A DNA stretch of 64,000 bases from an uncultured Acidobacteriota bacterium (GTDB taxonomy: Bacteria; Acidobacteriota; UBA6911), in contig CAWHCF010000050.1 in the NCBI GenBank assembly GCA_963827655.1, positions 1-64,000 on the forward strand. The letters are read 5' to 3'. Below are positions 19,178-30,543 of the stretch, in pieces. Position 1 is the first letter of the stretch. Every line of letters starts with the position of its first letter. A program made the position numbers and the translations under genes. Below the pieces are notes generated by a model that worked only from the letters and a program-made list of their open reading frames with translations, did no database searches and had not been told where the DNA came from.

Positions 19178-21953
19178 CGATGCTTGGCACCATCACGATC
19201 CGATCGGCGTCTTCGGTGCTCGACGCTCGCAAGAAGATCCACGCTCTTGCCAGGGCGCTCGGCTATGACGAGATAAGCGCTGTACGGCTGGCGATTGCGA
19301 CATCGCAAGTCTCTCGCGCGCTGGCGGCAGGCGACGGAAGCGCGCGAATCGAGGCCAGCCTGCGAGTCGCCAACGACCGCACGGCGCTGGTCCTGAGGTT
19401 CATTGGCCGAGTCGGCGTGAAGGCCAATGGCTGGCTGGCGACCTTCTTCAACTCGATCGAGCCGGTGCGGCGCGATGAAGGCGTGGCGGAAGCCGACGAA
19501 GGAATCTGCGCCGTGACGTGGCTCCCCCCCAACGCTCGCCCGCTGGCGCCGGAGCAGCTCGAAGCCCAGCGACAGCGCCTCCAGCAGCGGTCGCGCGAGC
19601 AGCTGATGCAGGAGGTCCGGGCACAAAACGAAGCGCTGGAGCGTCACAGCGCCCAACTGGAGCAGACCGTCGCCGAGCGCACGCTCGAGCTGCGCCGGGC
19701 GATGGACGTCGCCGATGCCGCTAACCGCGCCAAGTCCGACTTCCTCGCCAACATGAGCCATGAAATCCGGACGCCAATGAACGCGGTCATCGGTCTCTCG
19801 CACCTCGCCCTGAAGACCCCGCTCAATACCAAGCAGCGCGATTACATCAGCAAGGTTCACAACGCCGGCACGTCGTTGCTGGTGATAATCAATGACATCC
19901 TCGACTTCTCGAAAATCGAGGCTGGCAAGCTCGACATCGAGACCACCGACTTCCAGCTCGACGAAGTGATCGGCTCAGTGATCACGGTCACAGCCCAGAA
20001 GGCGCACGAAAAGGGGCTCGAGTTGCTCGCCGATGCGGCGTCCAACGTCCCCGGGCAATTGCGCGGCGACGCGCTGCGCCTCGGCCAGATCCTCATTAAC
20101 CTCGTCAACAACGCGATCAAGTTCACCGCACGGGGTGAAATCCGGCTCAAGATCGAGTTGCTCGAACAAACCGGCGAGAAGGCACAGTTGAGATTCTCGG
20201 TGCGTGACACCGGCATCGGTATGACACGAGAACAGGCGGCCAAGTTGTTCCAGCCGTTCTCGCAGGCAGACTCGTCCACTACCCGTAAGTACGGAGGCAC
20301 CGGCTTGGGGCTGACGATCTGCCGGCGGCTGGTTGAGTTGATGGGCGGGCAGATCTGGCTTGAGACCGAGGCTGGCGTGGGCAGCACCTTCTGGTTCACG
20401 CTCTGGCTTGGCGTCGGCCAGGCTGCTGGCACGGGCAAACACGTGCCCGGTCAGTTCCAGAAGCTTCGCGTCCTGGTGGTGGACGACAACGCCTCGGCGC
20501 GCGAAATACTGGTCGAGTTGCTGGAGTCGCTGGCTGACTGCGTGCACGCCGTCAGCTCCGGCCCTGAGGCGCTCGCGGCGATTAAGGGGTGCGACGCAGA
20601 CGCGCTTTACGACGTGGTGTTCATGGATTGGCGCATGCCGGGCATGGACGGCCTGGAGGCGACGCGGCTGATCAAGAACGAGAGGTCACTTCAGAAGCAA
20701 CCCGCCGTCATTATCGTCACTGCGTTCGCCCGCGAAGAGGTGCGCGAGCAGGCCGAGCGGCTCCATGTGGACGGTTTCCTGGAGAAGCCTGTTACCAAAT
20801 CCATGCTCGTGGATTCGCTGGTGAACGTCTTCGCGGCATCCACGCACGAGGACGTCGCCGCTGCAATGACGCAGGAGAGCCCCCGACTGGAAGGCATGCG
20901 CATCCTGTTGACGGAAGACAACGAAATCAACCAGCAAATCGCGGTCGAGTTGCTCGAAGGCGCCGGCGCGAAGGTGGACGTCGCCAACAACGGACGCGAG
21001 TCGGTGGACAAGTTGTTTCAAGGGCCGATCCCGCCGGCTTACGATGCCGTGCTCATGGATCTACAAATGCCGGAGATGGACGGCTACCAGGCCACGACAA
21101 AGATTCGCTCGGACAACCGGTTCACCCGTTTGCCCATCATCGCGATGACCGCCCACGCAACCATGGAGGAGCGCAAGCGATGCCTCGATCTGGGCATGAA
21201 CGACCACGTGTCCAAACCGATCGATCCGGTGCTGCTGTTCGAGACGCTGGGCCGTTACTACAAACCGCGGCCCGCTTCCCCATCACTCTTGTCATCAAGT
21301 GGAGAGGGGATGCCGGCAGAACAGGTGAGTGGGCCCGACGACGTTCCGTCGGTCGAGGGCCTCGACACGAAAGACGGCCTGGGCCGTGTGGCCGGTAACC
21401 GGAAGCTCTACCTGAAACTTCTCCGGCAGTTTGTGCAGCAGCAAGGCGCGGTACCCGCGCAAATCGCCGAGGCGCTGGCGCGCAACGACCTGCCCGTCGC
21501 CGAACGCCTGGCTCACACAGTCAAGGGCGTAGGCGGCAGCCTCGGGGCGCGGGCTGTGCAGCACGCCGCTGCCAAGCTGGAGAAGACCATCGCCGCGAAG
21601 ACAGCTTCCCCCGAGTTGGCGCCGGTGTTACAGGAGTTCCAAGCGATCTTGGATGACTTCGTCAGCCGCCTCCGTGCCGCCTTGCCCCAAGCCCGACATC
21701 CGTGCCCGCCGCTCCGGCCGCTGCTCTTGACGCCGAGCGAGCCAAGCAAGTGATAACGGAAATGATCAGTCACCTGAACAATTTCGATCCTGCCGCCGGC
21801 GACTGCCTCGAAGCCAACCAGGACGTTTTCCGGACGTTGTTGCCGGCCGAAGCGTTCGCCGCCTTCGAGCAACAGGTGAGCGGCTTCGCCTTCGCGGATG
21901 CTCTCGCGGGACTCCAACACGCGGTGCAAGAGAAAGGACTCCTCCCCGCATGA
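19174..21953 (+). CDS. Cytoplasmic hybrid histidine kinase: RsbT-like N-domain, coiled coil, HisKA, HATPase, REC, REC, HPt; one frameshift near 21700
   Basis: [63 protein letters not shown]; no TM segment; GTGA overlap with rsbX and ATGA overlap with the cyclase. Confidence 0.93.
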
Positions 21954-22969
21954 GCGCCGCATCTCCCACTCCCAGCAGTCGCATACTCATCGTTGAGGAT
22001 ACGCCGGCCAATATCCAGACGCTGACTGCTACTCTGAAGGAACGGAACTACCAGATCAGCGTGGCCACGAACGGCCGGCAGGCACTGGACGTAGTGGCGC
22101 GAGTTCGGCCCGATCTCATCCTGCTGGACGTGATGATGCCGGAGATGGACGGTTTCGAAACCTGCCGGCGGCTGAAGGCGTCCGAGCAATGGCGCCAGAT
22201 TCCCGTCATTTTTCTCACAGCCAGGACCGACACCGCCGACATCGTAAAGGGTTTTGAACTGGGCGCCGTTGATTATGTGGCCAAGCCCTTTAACGCGCAT
22301 GAACTGCTGGCACGCGTGAACACCCATCTCACGATTGACCGCCTGCACCGGGAAAACGAGAGGCTCCTGCTGAACATCCTGCCCGCGCCCATTGCGGAGC
22401 GCTTGAAAATGGGCGATCAACACATAGCGGACAAGTTTGCCGAGGTCACGGTTTTGTTCGCTGACATCGTGGGATTCACAACGCTGGCTGCATCCATGTC
22501 GGCACAATCCTTGGTGGAATTACTGAACGAACTGTTCACGCGCTTTGACCTGGCGGCCAGCGAGTTGGGCATCGAGAAGATCAAGACTATCGGGGACGCC
22601 TACATGGCAGTGTGCGGCCTGCCAGAGGTCTGTGATGACCACAGCGAGCGGATGCTGCAGATGGCGCAGCGGCTGATGCAGATCACGCGGGAGTTCAGCG
22701 CCGAACTCGGAAAGGGCCTGCACTTGCGCATCGGTGTGAGCGCCGGCCCGGTCGTCGCGGGGATTGTTGGGCGCAGGAAATTCATCTACGATCTCTGGGG
22801 TGACACGGTGAACGTTGCCAGCCGCATGGAGTCGCATGGTGTTCCCGACGCTGTCCAGGTCACGCGTCCGGTGTTCGAGCGGCTTCACGACCGCTACCCG
22901 TTTGAGGCGCGCGGCATGGTGGAGGTTAAAGGCAAGGGACAGGTCGAGACCTGGCTCTTGAAAGCCTGA
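21950..22969 (+). CDS. Receiver domain-class III adenylate cyclase
   Basis: REC (IVED, LLDVMMPEMDG, FLTA, KPF); cyclase LFADIVGFT, EKIKTIGDAYM, YDLWGDTVNVASRMES with the ATP-specifying Lys/Asp pair. Confidence 0.93.
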   Translation: MSAASPTPSSRILIVEDTPANIQTLTATLKERNYQISVATNGRQALDVVARVRPDLILLDVMMPEMDGFETCRRLKASEQWRQIPVIFLTARTDTADIVKGFELGAVDYVAKPFNAHELLARVNTHLTIDRLHRENERLLLNILPAPIAERLKMGDQHIADKFAEVTVLFADIVGFTTLAASMSAQSLVELLNELFTRFDLAASELGIEKIKTIGDAYMAVCGLPEVCDDHSERMLQMAQRLMQITREFSAELGKGLHLRIGVSAGPVVAGIVGRRKFIYDLWGDTVNVASRMESHGVPDAVQVTRPVFERLHDRYPFEARGMVEVKGKGQVETWLLKA

Positions 22970-22991
22970 CGAAGCGCGGGATGGCCGCAAG

Positions 22992-23103
22992 ATTCTTGGT
23001 GTTTCTTCGTGTCTTCGAGTCTTCGTGGTATTTGTTAGACAGCTCTAACCACTAAGACACGAAGACACAAAGAAACACTAAGAGCAACCACGAAGACGCG
23101 AAG
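22992..23103. repeat. Octamer-repeat inverted element A, (CTTCGTGT)n...(ACACGAAG)n
   Basis: gtttcttcgtgtcttcgagtcttcgtggt pairs with accactaagacacgaagacacaaagaaac; related copies at 30406-30540 and 39476-39562. Confidence 0.85.
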
Positions 23104-23116
23104 TCGAGGAAATTGC

Positions 23117-23146
23117 TTGCTTTCGACCGGTGACCCGCGATAGAAG
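23117..23146 (+). promoter_or_regulatory. Putative sigma70-like promoter of DUF11 gene 1
   Basis: TTGCTT-N18-TAGAAG; the motif TGACCyGCkATAGAAGT and the pre-ATG leader are conserved upstream of paralog 3 (61952-61980, minus strand). Confidence 0.5.
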
Positions 23147-23239
23147 TGCCCGACTCGACTTGCTCCCCCCGAGCTCGCCTTTGCACTCCGAACCAATAAG
23201 GTAGTTGGAAGCGCGATCGTTTCCCTGAGGGACGTTGCT

Positions 23240-26200
23240 ATGAAACGCGCCTTGCTTTTCCTCGCCGTCGCAGTTTTGTGGAGCGGGACCAGCCTGTTCG
23301 CTTCACCCCAGGCTCCTGTCGAGGGACCCGACCTGACCATTACCAAGACGCACACGGGGAGCTTCTTGCCGGGGCAGATAGATGCAACCTACACCCTGAC
23401 CGTGATGAACATCGGCGCGGGGCGGGCAGGCATTGTGTACGTCGACGACCGCCTTCCGGAGGACCTGACGCCGGCGGCAGCGGCCGGCGACGGTTGGGCG
23501 TGTCAAATCGCGTACCAGATGGTGAGTTGCTGGCGCTTCGACGGTCTCAATGCCTGGAGCTAGTTTTCCGCCCATTACGCTCACGGTGAGGGTGTCGTCC
23601 ACGGCCCCGCCATCGTTGACGAACAGGGCCACGGTCTTCACAGGAACAGAGCCCGAGACCAGTCTGGGCAACAACATTGCCAGCGATATCACCACGATCG
23701 GGCCCGGCCCGGACCTCGCCATCAACAAGAGCCACACGGGCAACTTCCTCCAGGGACAGACGGGGGCGATCTACACCATCACGGTCAGCAACCCCGGCAC
23801 TACGCTGGCCACCGGGGTCGTGACGGTCACGGACAATGTTCCCGCCGGACTGGTCCCGACATCCGCAGCGGGTGACGGCTGGACCTGCAATATTTCCGGG
23901 CAAGACATGACCTGCACCCGGAGCGATCCTCTGGCGACGGTCCAGAGTTACCCGCCGATCACCCTGATGGTCAACGTTCAGCCCGGCGCACCCGAGTCCG
24001 TGACCAATGCAGTAACGGTTTCGGGCGGCGGAGACGTCAATCCCGCGAACAACTCGGATACCGATGTCACGGCCATTATCCCTGGGGCTGGCGCGGACCT
24101 GACGATCACAAAGAGCCACGCCGGCAATTTGAATCAGGGCCAGATTGGGGCGACTTACACCGTGACTGCGCGCAATATCGGGATGGGCGCCACGACCGGA
24201 ACGGTCACGGTGGTGGACAATTTTCCTCCCGCGCTGATACCGACGGCAGCCGGTGGTTCAGGGTGGACCTGCGGCATCTCCACCAACTCGGCCACCTGCA
24301 CTCGAACCGACTCCTTGGCTGCGGGAGGGAGCTATCCGCCGATCACCCTTACGGTCAATGTGGCCTCCACGGCTCCTCCTTCGGTAGACAACTCAGCGGT
24401 CGTTACCGGCGGCAATGACGGCAATTCGGCCAACAATACAGTCACCGATCCCACGACCATTATCGGGGGCCCGGACCTTACCATCACCAAAACCGCTAAC
24501 GGCAGTTTCACCCAGGGACAGACCGGCGCCGGCTACACCCTGACCGTGAGCAACACCGGTGGAGTCGCGACCAGCGGCACCGTTACCGTCATTGATAACT
24601 TGCCCACCGGGCTGTCGCCCGCGACCATCAGCGGTCCAGGTTGGAGCTGCGGCATTTCGGGCAACACGGCCACCTGCACTCGCAGCGACGCCTCTGGCTC
24701 CGGGAGCGAGTTACCCGCCGATTGCCCTGACGGTCAACGTGGCGAGCAATGCGCCGCCGTCGGTGACGAACATGGCAACGGTCGGCGGCGGCGGGGACCT
24801 CAACGCTGCCAATAACTCAGCCAGCGTTGTCACACCCATTGCCCGCGCTCCTGACTTGACCATCACCAAGAGCCACACGGGTAACTTCACGCAGGGCCAG
24901 ACCGGGGCTTACACCGTCACGGTCACCAACATAGGCGGCGGGATTCAAACTGGCGCGGTGCAGATCGGTGACCCCCTTCCGGCGGGCCTGACGCTGATCG
25001 CAGACGGACGGCTTCGGTTGGTCGTGTAACAACACTAGCACGTATGTGGATTGCCTGAACAGCGTCGATCTGGCTCCTGGAGAGAGTCTTGCGCCCCTTA
25101 CCATCACGGTGAACGTCGCACCCGATGCTCCCTCGACGGTCACCAATACAGCAATCGTCTACGGCGACGCGAACCCTTCCAACAATTCAGCCAGCGACCC
25201 CACCACCATTCTGCCCGGCGCGGACCTGGCGATCACCAAGAGCCACACGGCCAACTTCACCCAGGGACAACCAGGAACCTATACCATTACGGTCAGCAAT
25301 GTGGGCGGCTCGCCGACCAGCGGCTCGGTTACGGTCATTGACCGATTGCCTGCCGGCCTGGTTCCCACCGCGGCAAGCGGCGCAGGGTGGACCTGCAGTA
25401 TCGCCGGCCAGGGAGTGAGCTGCAACCGCAGCGACCCGCTAGCGCCAGGGCAGAGCTACCCGGCAATCACCCTGACGGTGAGCGTTCAGCCCAACGCTCC
25501 TGCGTCGGTGACGAACACGGCCATCGTTTTCGGTGGCGGGGAGGCTAATCCAGCGAACAACACGGCACCCGATCCAACTACCATTACCGCCGGCCCCAAC
25601 CTGACCATCACCAAGAGTCACACGGGTAACTTCACCCAAGGTCAAACCGGCACCTACACCTTGACCGTGAGCAACACCGGCGCCTCCCCGACCAGTGGCC
25701 CGATCGCGGTGACCGACAGCCTTCCTTCCGGACTGGCGTCGACTGCGGCAACCGGGGCCGGCTGGTCGTGCACGCCCGGCGGCCAGAGTGTCCCTTGTAC
25801 GCGCAGCGACCCGCTGGCCCCGGGGGCCAGCTATCCACCGATTACCCTCACGGTGCAGGTCGCGGCCAATGCCCCTGCATCGGTGACCAACACGGCGATG
25901 GTTGCCGGAGGGGGCGATGTTGATTCGAGCAATAACTCGGCCAGCGATCCCACCACGATCATCGCGGTGCCGGACCTGACCCTTACCAAGACGCACACGG
26001 GGAGCTTCCTGCAGGGGCAGGTTGGAGCGACCTACACCCTGACCGTGATGAACATAGGCGGCGGGCCGACCAGCAGCCCGGTGACGGTCAACGACACCCT
26101 TCCGGCCGGCCTGATGCCGACGGCCGCGGCCGGCGCCGGCTGGGTGTGTAACATCGCCGGCCAGGCTGTGAGTTGCACGCGCGGCGACGCGCTCAATGTG

Positions 26201-29200
26201 GGAGCCAGTTATCCGGCCATTACCCTCACGGTGAACGTGGCGCCGGCGGCCCCGCCATCGTTGACGAACACGGCTACGGTCTCCGGAGGGGGTGAGATCA
26301 ATACGGCCAACAACACGGCCAGCGATATCACCACGATCGGGCCCGGCCCCGACCTGACCATCAACAAGAGCCACTCGGGCAACTTCCTCCAGGGACAGAC
26401 GGGGGCGATCTACACGATCACGGTCAGCAACCCCGGCTCTACGCCGACCACCGGGCTCGTGACGGTCACGGACAATGTTCCCGCTGGACTGGTCCCGACA
26501 TCCGCAGCGGGTGGCGGCTGGACTTGTAATATTTCCGGGCAGGACATGACCTGTACCCGGAGCGATCCTCTGGCGACGGGCCAGAGTTACTCGCCGATCA
26601 CCCTGACGGTCAACGTACAGCCCGGCGCACCCGGGTCCGTGACCAATGCAGCAACGGTTTCGGGCGGCGGAGACGTCAATCCCGCGAACAACTCGGATAC
26701 CGATGTCACGGCCATTATCGCTGGGGCCGACCTGACCCTCACCAAGACCCATACCGGCAACTTCACCCAGGGACAGACCGGCGCGACCTACACCGTGACC
26801 GTGACCAACTCCGGTGTCGGGCCGACGACGGCCATGGTCAGGGTGATCGATACTTTCCCCCTGGGGCTTACCCCCACGGCCGCCGCGGGCGCGGGCTGGA
26901 GTTGCTCGGTCGGCGCCCTGGCAGTCGGGTGTAGCAGAAGCGATGCTCTGGCGGCGGGAGCGAGTTATCCGCCGATCACGATCACGGTGAACGTCGCATC
27001 CAACGCTCCGGCGACGGTCACCAATACCGTCGGGGTCTCCGGAGGAGGCGACAGCAATTCAGCCAACAATACCGCCAGCGACGCGACGACTATCATGGCC
27101 GGCGCGGACTTGACGGTCACAAAGACGCCACACCGGCAACTTCACCCAGGGGCAGAGGGGAGCCACCTACACCATCACGGTGGGGAACGGCGCGGGCTCC
27201 CCGACCAGCGGCCCCGTCACCGTGATCGATCTCGTTCCCACAGGTCTGGTTCCAGCTACCGCCAGCGGCACGGGCTGGACGTGTGAGATCATCGGGCAGG
27301 GGATCACCTGCCGGAGGAGCGACCCGCTGGCCCCTGGAAGCAGTTACCCGCCCGTTACCCTGACGGTCGACGTCGCCTCCAATGCTCCCGCATCGCTCAG
27401 CAACAGGGCAATCGTCTCCGGCGGCGGTGACACCAATCCGGTCAACAACGAAGTAAACGATATCACCACGATCACTCCCGGGCCTGACCTGAGCATCACG
27501 AAGACCCACACCGGCGACTTTGTCCAGGGACAGACCGGAGCAACCTACAGCCTTACCGTGACTAATCAGGCCGGCGCCCCGACCAGCGGCACGGTTCAGG
27601 TAAGTGACTCCATGCCGTCCCACCTGCTTCCTACGGCGGCCAGTGGCACGGGCTGGAACTGCACCGTTGCCGGTTCTTCCGTCCAGTGCCAGAGGAGCGA
27701 TGTACTGGCCGTGGGAGCGAGCTATCCGCCCATCACCATCACGGTGAACGTTGCCTCGAACGCTCCCGCTTCAGTCACCAATACGGCCGGAGTCTCTGGA
27801 GGCGGCGACGTCAATGCTGCCAACAATACGGCCAGCGACGTCACGGGTGTCTTGCCGGGTCCGGACCTGACGATCACAAAGACCCATACCGCCGTCTTCA
27901 CCCAGGGACAGAGAGGAGCCAGCTATACCATCACTGTGGGGAACAGCGGCGGCTCCCCGACCAGCGGCACCGTCACCCTGATCGACAGTGTCCCTCCGGG
28001 CCTCATTCCAGTGACGGCCAGTGGCACGGGCTGGACGTGCAGCCTCTCACTTCAGGCCGTTACCTGCACTCGAGCCGATGCTCTGGCCGCGGCAGCGAGT
28101 TATCCCGCCGTGACCCTCACGGTGGACGTTGAGTCGGACGCGCCCGCATCCGTAGTCAATACCGCCACCCTTGCCGGGGGCGGAGACATCAATTCCTCGA
28201 ATAACACCGCCACGGATCCGACCCAGATCAACCGGGCCCAGGATCTGACGATCACCAAGAGCCACACGGGTAATTTCACCCAGGGGCAGAGCGGCGCCAC
28301 CTACACCATAACCCTGACCAATAGCGGCGCCGCGCCGACGATCGGCACCGTAACCCTGATCGACACGGTGCCGACCGGACTCTTTCCCACGGCGGCCAGC
28401 GGCACGGGCTGGACCTGCACGGTCTCGGGCGAAACTGTCAATTGCACCCGAGGCGACCCTCTGGCTGCGGGAGCAAGCTACGCGCCTGTGACCGTTACGG
28501 TGGATGTGGCCGATAATGCGCCCCGCATCGGTAACCAACCGGGCGATCGTTGCCGGCGGCGGGGATGTCTTCCCCCCCAACAACGTCGCAGAGGACATCA
28601 CGGCTGTTACCACCGGCCCGGATCTGACCATCACAAAAACGCACCCCAACGGCTTCGGGCCGGGTCAGACCGGGGTCATTTTTATCCTCACGGTGACTAA
28701 CCGGGGCGGCGCTCCGACGCAAGGCCGGGTCGATGTGGTCGACGACCTGCCGGTCGGGCTGACCGCGAAAGCGGCGAGCGGAGGCGGCTGGACCTGCGAA
28801 GTCTCAGCCGACACGGTGGCATGTACGCGGACCGATGCTCTGGCGCCGGGAGCGAGCTATCCCGCGATCACGCTCACCGCGGACGTCGCCGCCAATCTGG
28901 CCATCGGGTCAGTGTTAACCAACAGGGCGACGGTTTCGCGCGGCGGAGACGTCAACCCGGGCAACAACACTGCAGAAGACTCTGAAATTCTTGGACTGCG
29001 TCCGGACCTTCGCATCTCCAAGACGCACCCGGGCAACTTCACCCAGGGACAAACCGGCGCGACCTACACCATCACGGTCTCCAATGCCGGCCAGGAGGCG
29101 ACCAGCGGCGAGGTCAGGGTCCAGGACCGTCTCCCGACGGGCCTGACACCAACCTCTGCATCCGGCTCCGGCTGGACCTGCACGATTCAGGGCCAGACGG

Positions 29201-30090
29201 TCACCTGCACCCGGAGCGACTCTCTGGCGCAGGGCGGCAGTTATCCGCCGATTACACTGGCGGTGACGGTGGCGCCGGATGCCCCGCCCTCGGTCACCAA
29301 TACGGCAACGGTCTCGGGCGGCGGGGACGACGGCAGCGACACGGCCAGTGACGTCACGACGATCCAGGCCGGGGGTCCTTACACCTTCGCTCACGTGCCG
29401 GTGGGCGGAGGCTACACGACCGATTTTCTCATCTCCAATACCGGAGCGAGCGGCGCCGCAACAGAGCTGATCCTTACCGATCAGGCCGGCAATCCCTTTC
29501 CGGTTCTTCTGATAGATCCCTCCACCGGCGCAACCCTGGCGATGGGTTCGTCCTTTCCGGTTTCCATTGCTTCCGCCGGAACCAGAATTTTCCGGGCCGC
29601 GCCGGTCAATCCTTCGGATCCGGTCAAGATCGGCTGGGGTCGCCTGGTACCGTCGGTTGCTTCCGTGAGCGGCGTCGCCTCGTTCGATTACCTCCAGCAG
29701 GCGATCTTGCGGAGCACGGCGGGAGTCTTCGGCGGCTATCCGATCAATATGGCCACGATGCCGGTGGACAATGACGATACGCAGAACCGCTTCACCGGCT
29801 TCGCCGTAGCGAATCCTTCGAACGAAAACATCAACGTCACGCTTTACGTGCTCGACGAGAACGGCGGGATCACCGATGTGCTCAGCCCGCCGGAACTCAA
29901 TCCGCTCGGGCCCCTGAAGCAGGTTGCGAAGTTCCTGCACGAGTATGTCCCGACGAAGCTGAAATTCAAAGGCTCGATGGTTCTGGTGGGACAGGGCGGG
30001 AAGACGTTCGCGGTCGTGGCGCTGGTGCAGACTCAGGGCTTGATCACCGTAATCCCGGTCATTCCCTCCAAGGCTCCCCAGGTTCCATAG
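23240..30090 (+). CDS. Giant secreted DUF11-repeat surface protein 1 (signal peptide, 16 repeats of about 126 aa, C-terminal domain); frameshifted, about 2280 aa restored
   Basis: Repeat starts (DLxIxK) at about 23327, 23709, 24093, 24471, 24850, 25220, 25595, 25970, 26348, 26726, 27104, 27483, 27861, 28239, 28618 and 29002; CTD YTFAHVPVGGGY...PSKAPQVP from ~29378. Confidence 0.9.
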
Positions 30091-30114
30091 AAAATCGGTT
30101 TCAGACCGGGCTTA

Positions 30115-30405
30115 GTCGGTTGGTTCATAATTACGCCGACGTATTGGGCAGAGCGGTAGGAGTCGGCTGTGTTGTTGCCTGAGGGCCGAAGGCCCGTCAG
30201 TGAGTAGCCCCGCCCGTAAGGGCGGGGTTTTCAAAGGGTCCGCTGACACGAGGTCCGAAGGACCGGCACTCCGGCTGTGTCGCACCTTCGGCGCTCCTTC
30301 TTAATAATGCACGTCTGATCCCGGCCTTACGGCCGGGCCTACTCTCTGGCGGCCCTTCAGGCCTCACTGCCAAAAATACGTCACCGTAATTGCGAACAGC
30401 AGCAC
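30115..30405 (-). mobile_element. MITE-like element, copy 2 (inverted relative to copy 1)
   Basis: Reverse complement of 16442-16729 with few differences; TTA at 30112-30114 and 30406-30408. Confidence 0.85.
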
Positions 30406-30540
30406 TTAGTGTTTCTTCGAGTCTTGGTGTCTTTGTGGTTGGCGGTGCGAAACAAATAACACAAAGACACAAAGAAACTTCGTGTCTTTGTGGTTAGCCC
30501 TGCGAAAATACCACTAGGGACGCAAAGACACGAAGAAACA
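30406..30540. repeat. Octamer-repeat inverted element B (double hairpin)
   Basis: Two successive (CTTyGTGT)n/(ACACrAAG)n hairpins ending 3 nt before the ATG of gene 2. Confidence 0.85.
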
Positions 30541-30543
30541 CCT

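Noticed and set aside
21950-22969. Guanylate rather than adenylate cyclase
   Set aside because: Specificity positions are Lys and Asp (ATP-type), not Glu and Cys; only an assay could overturn this.
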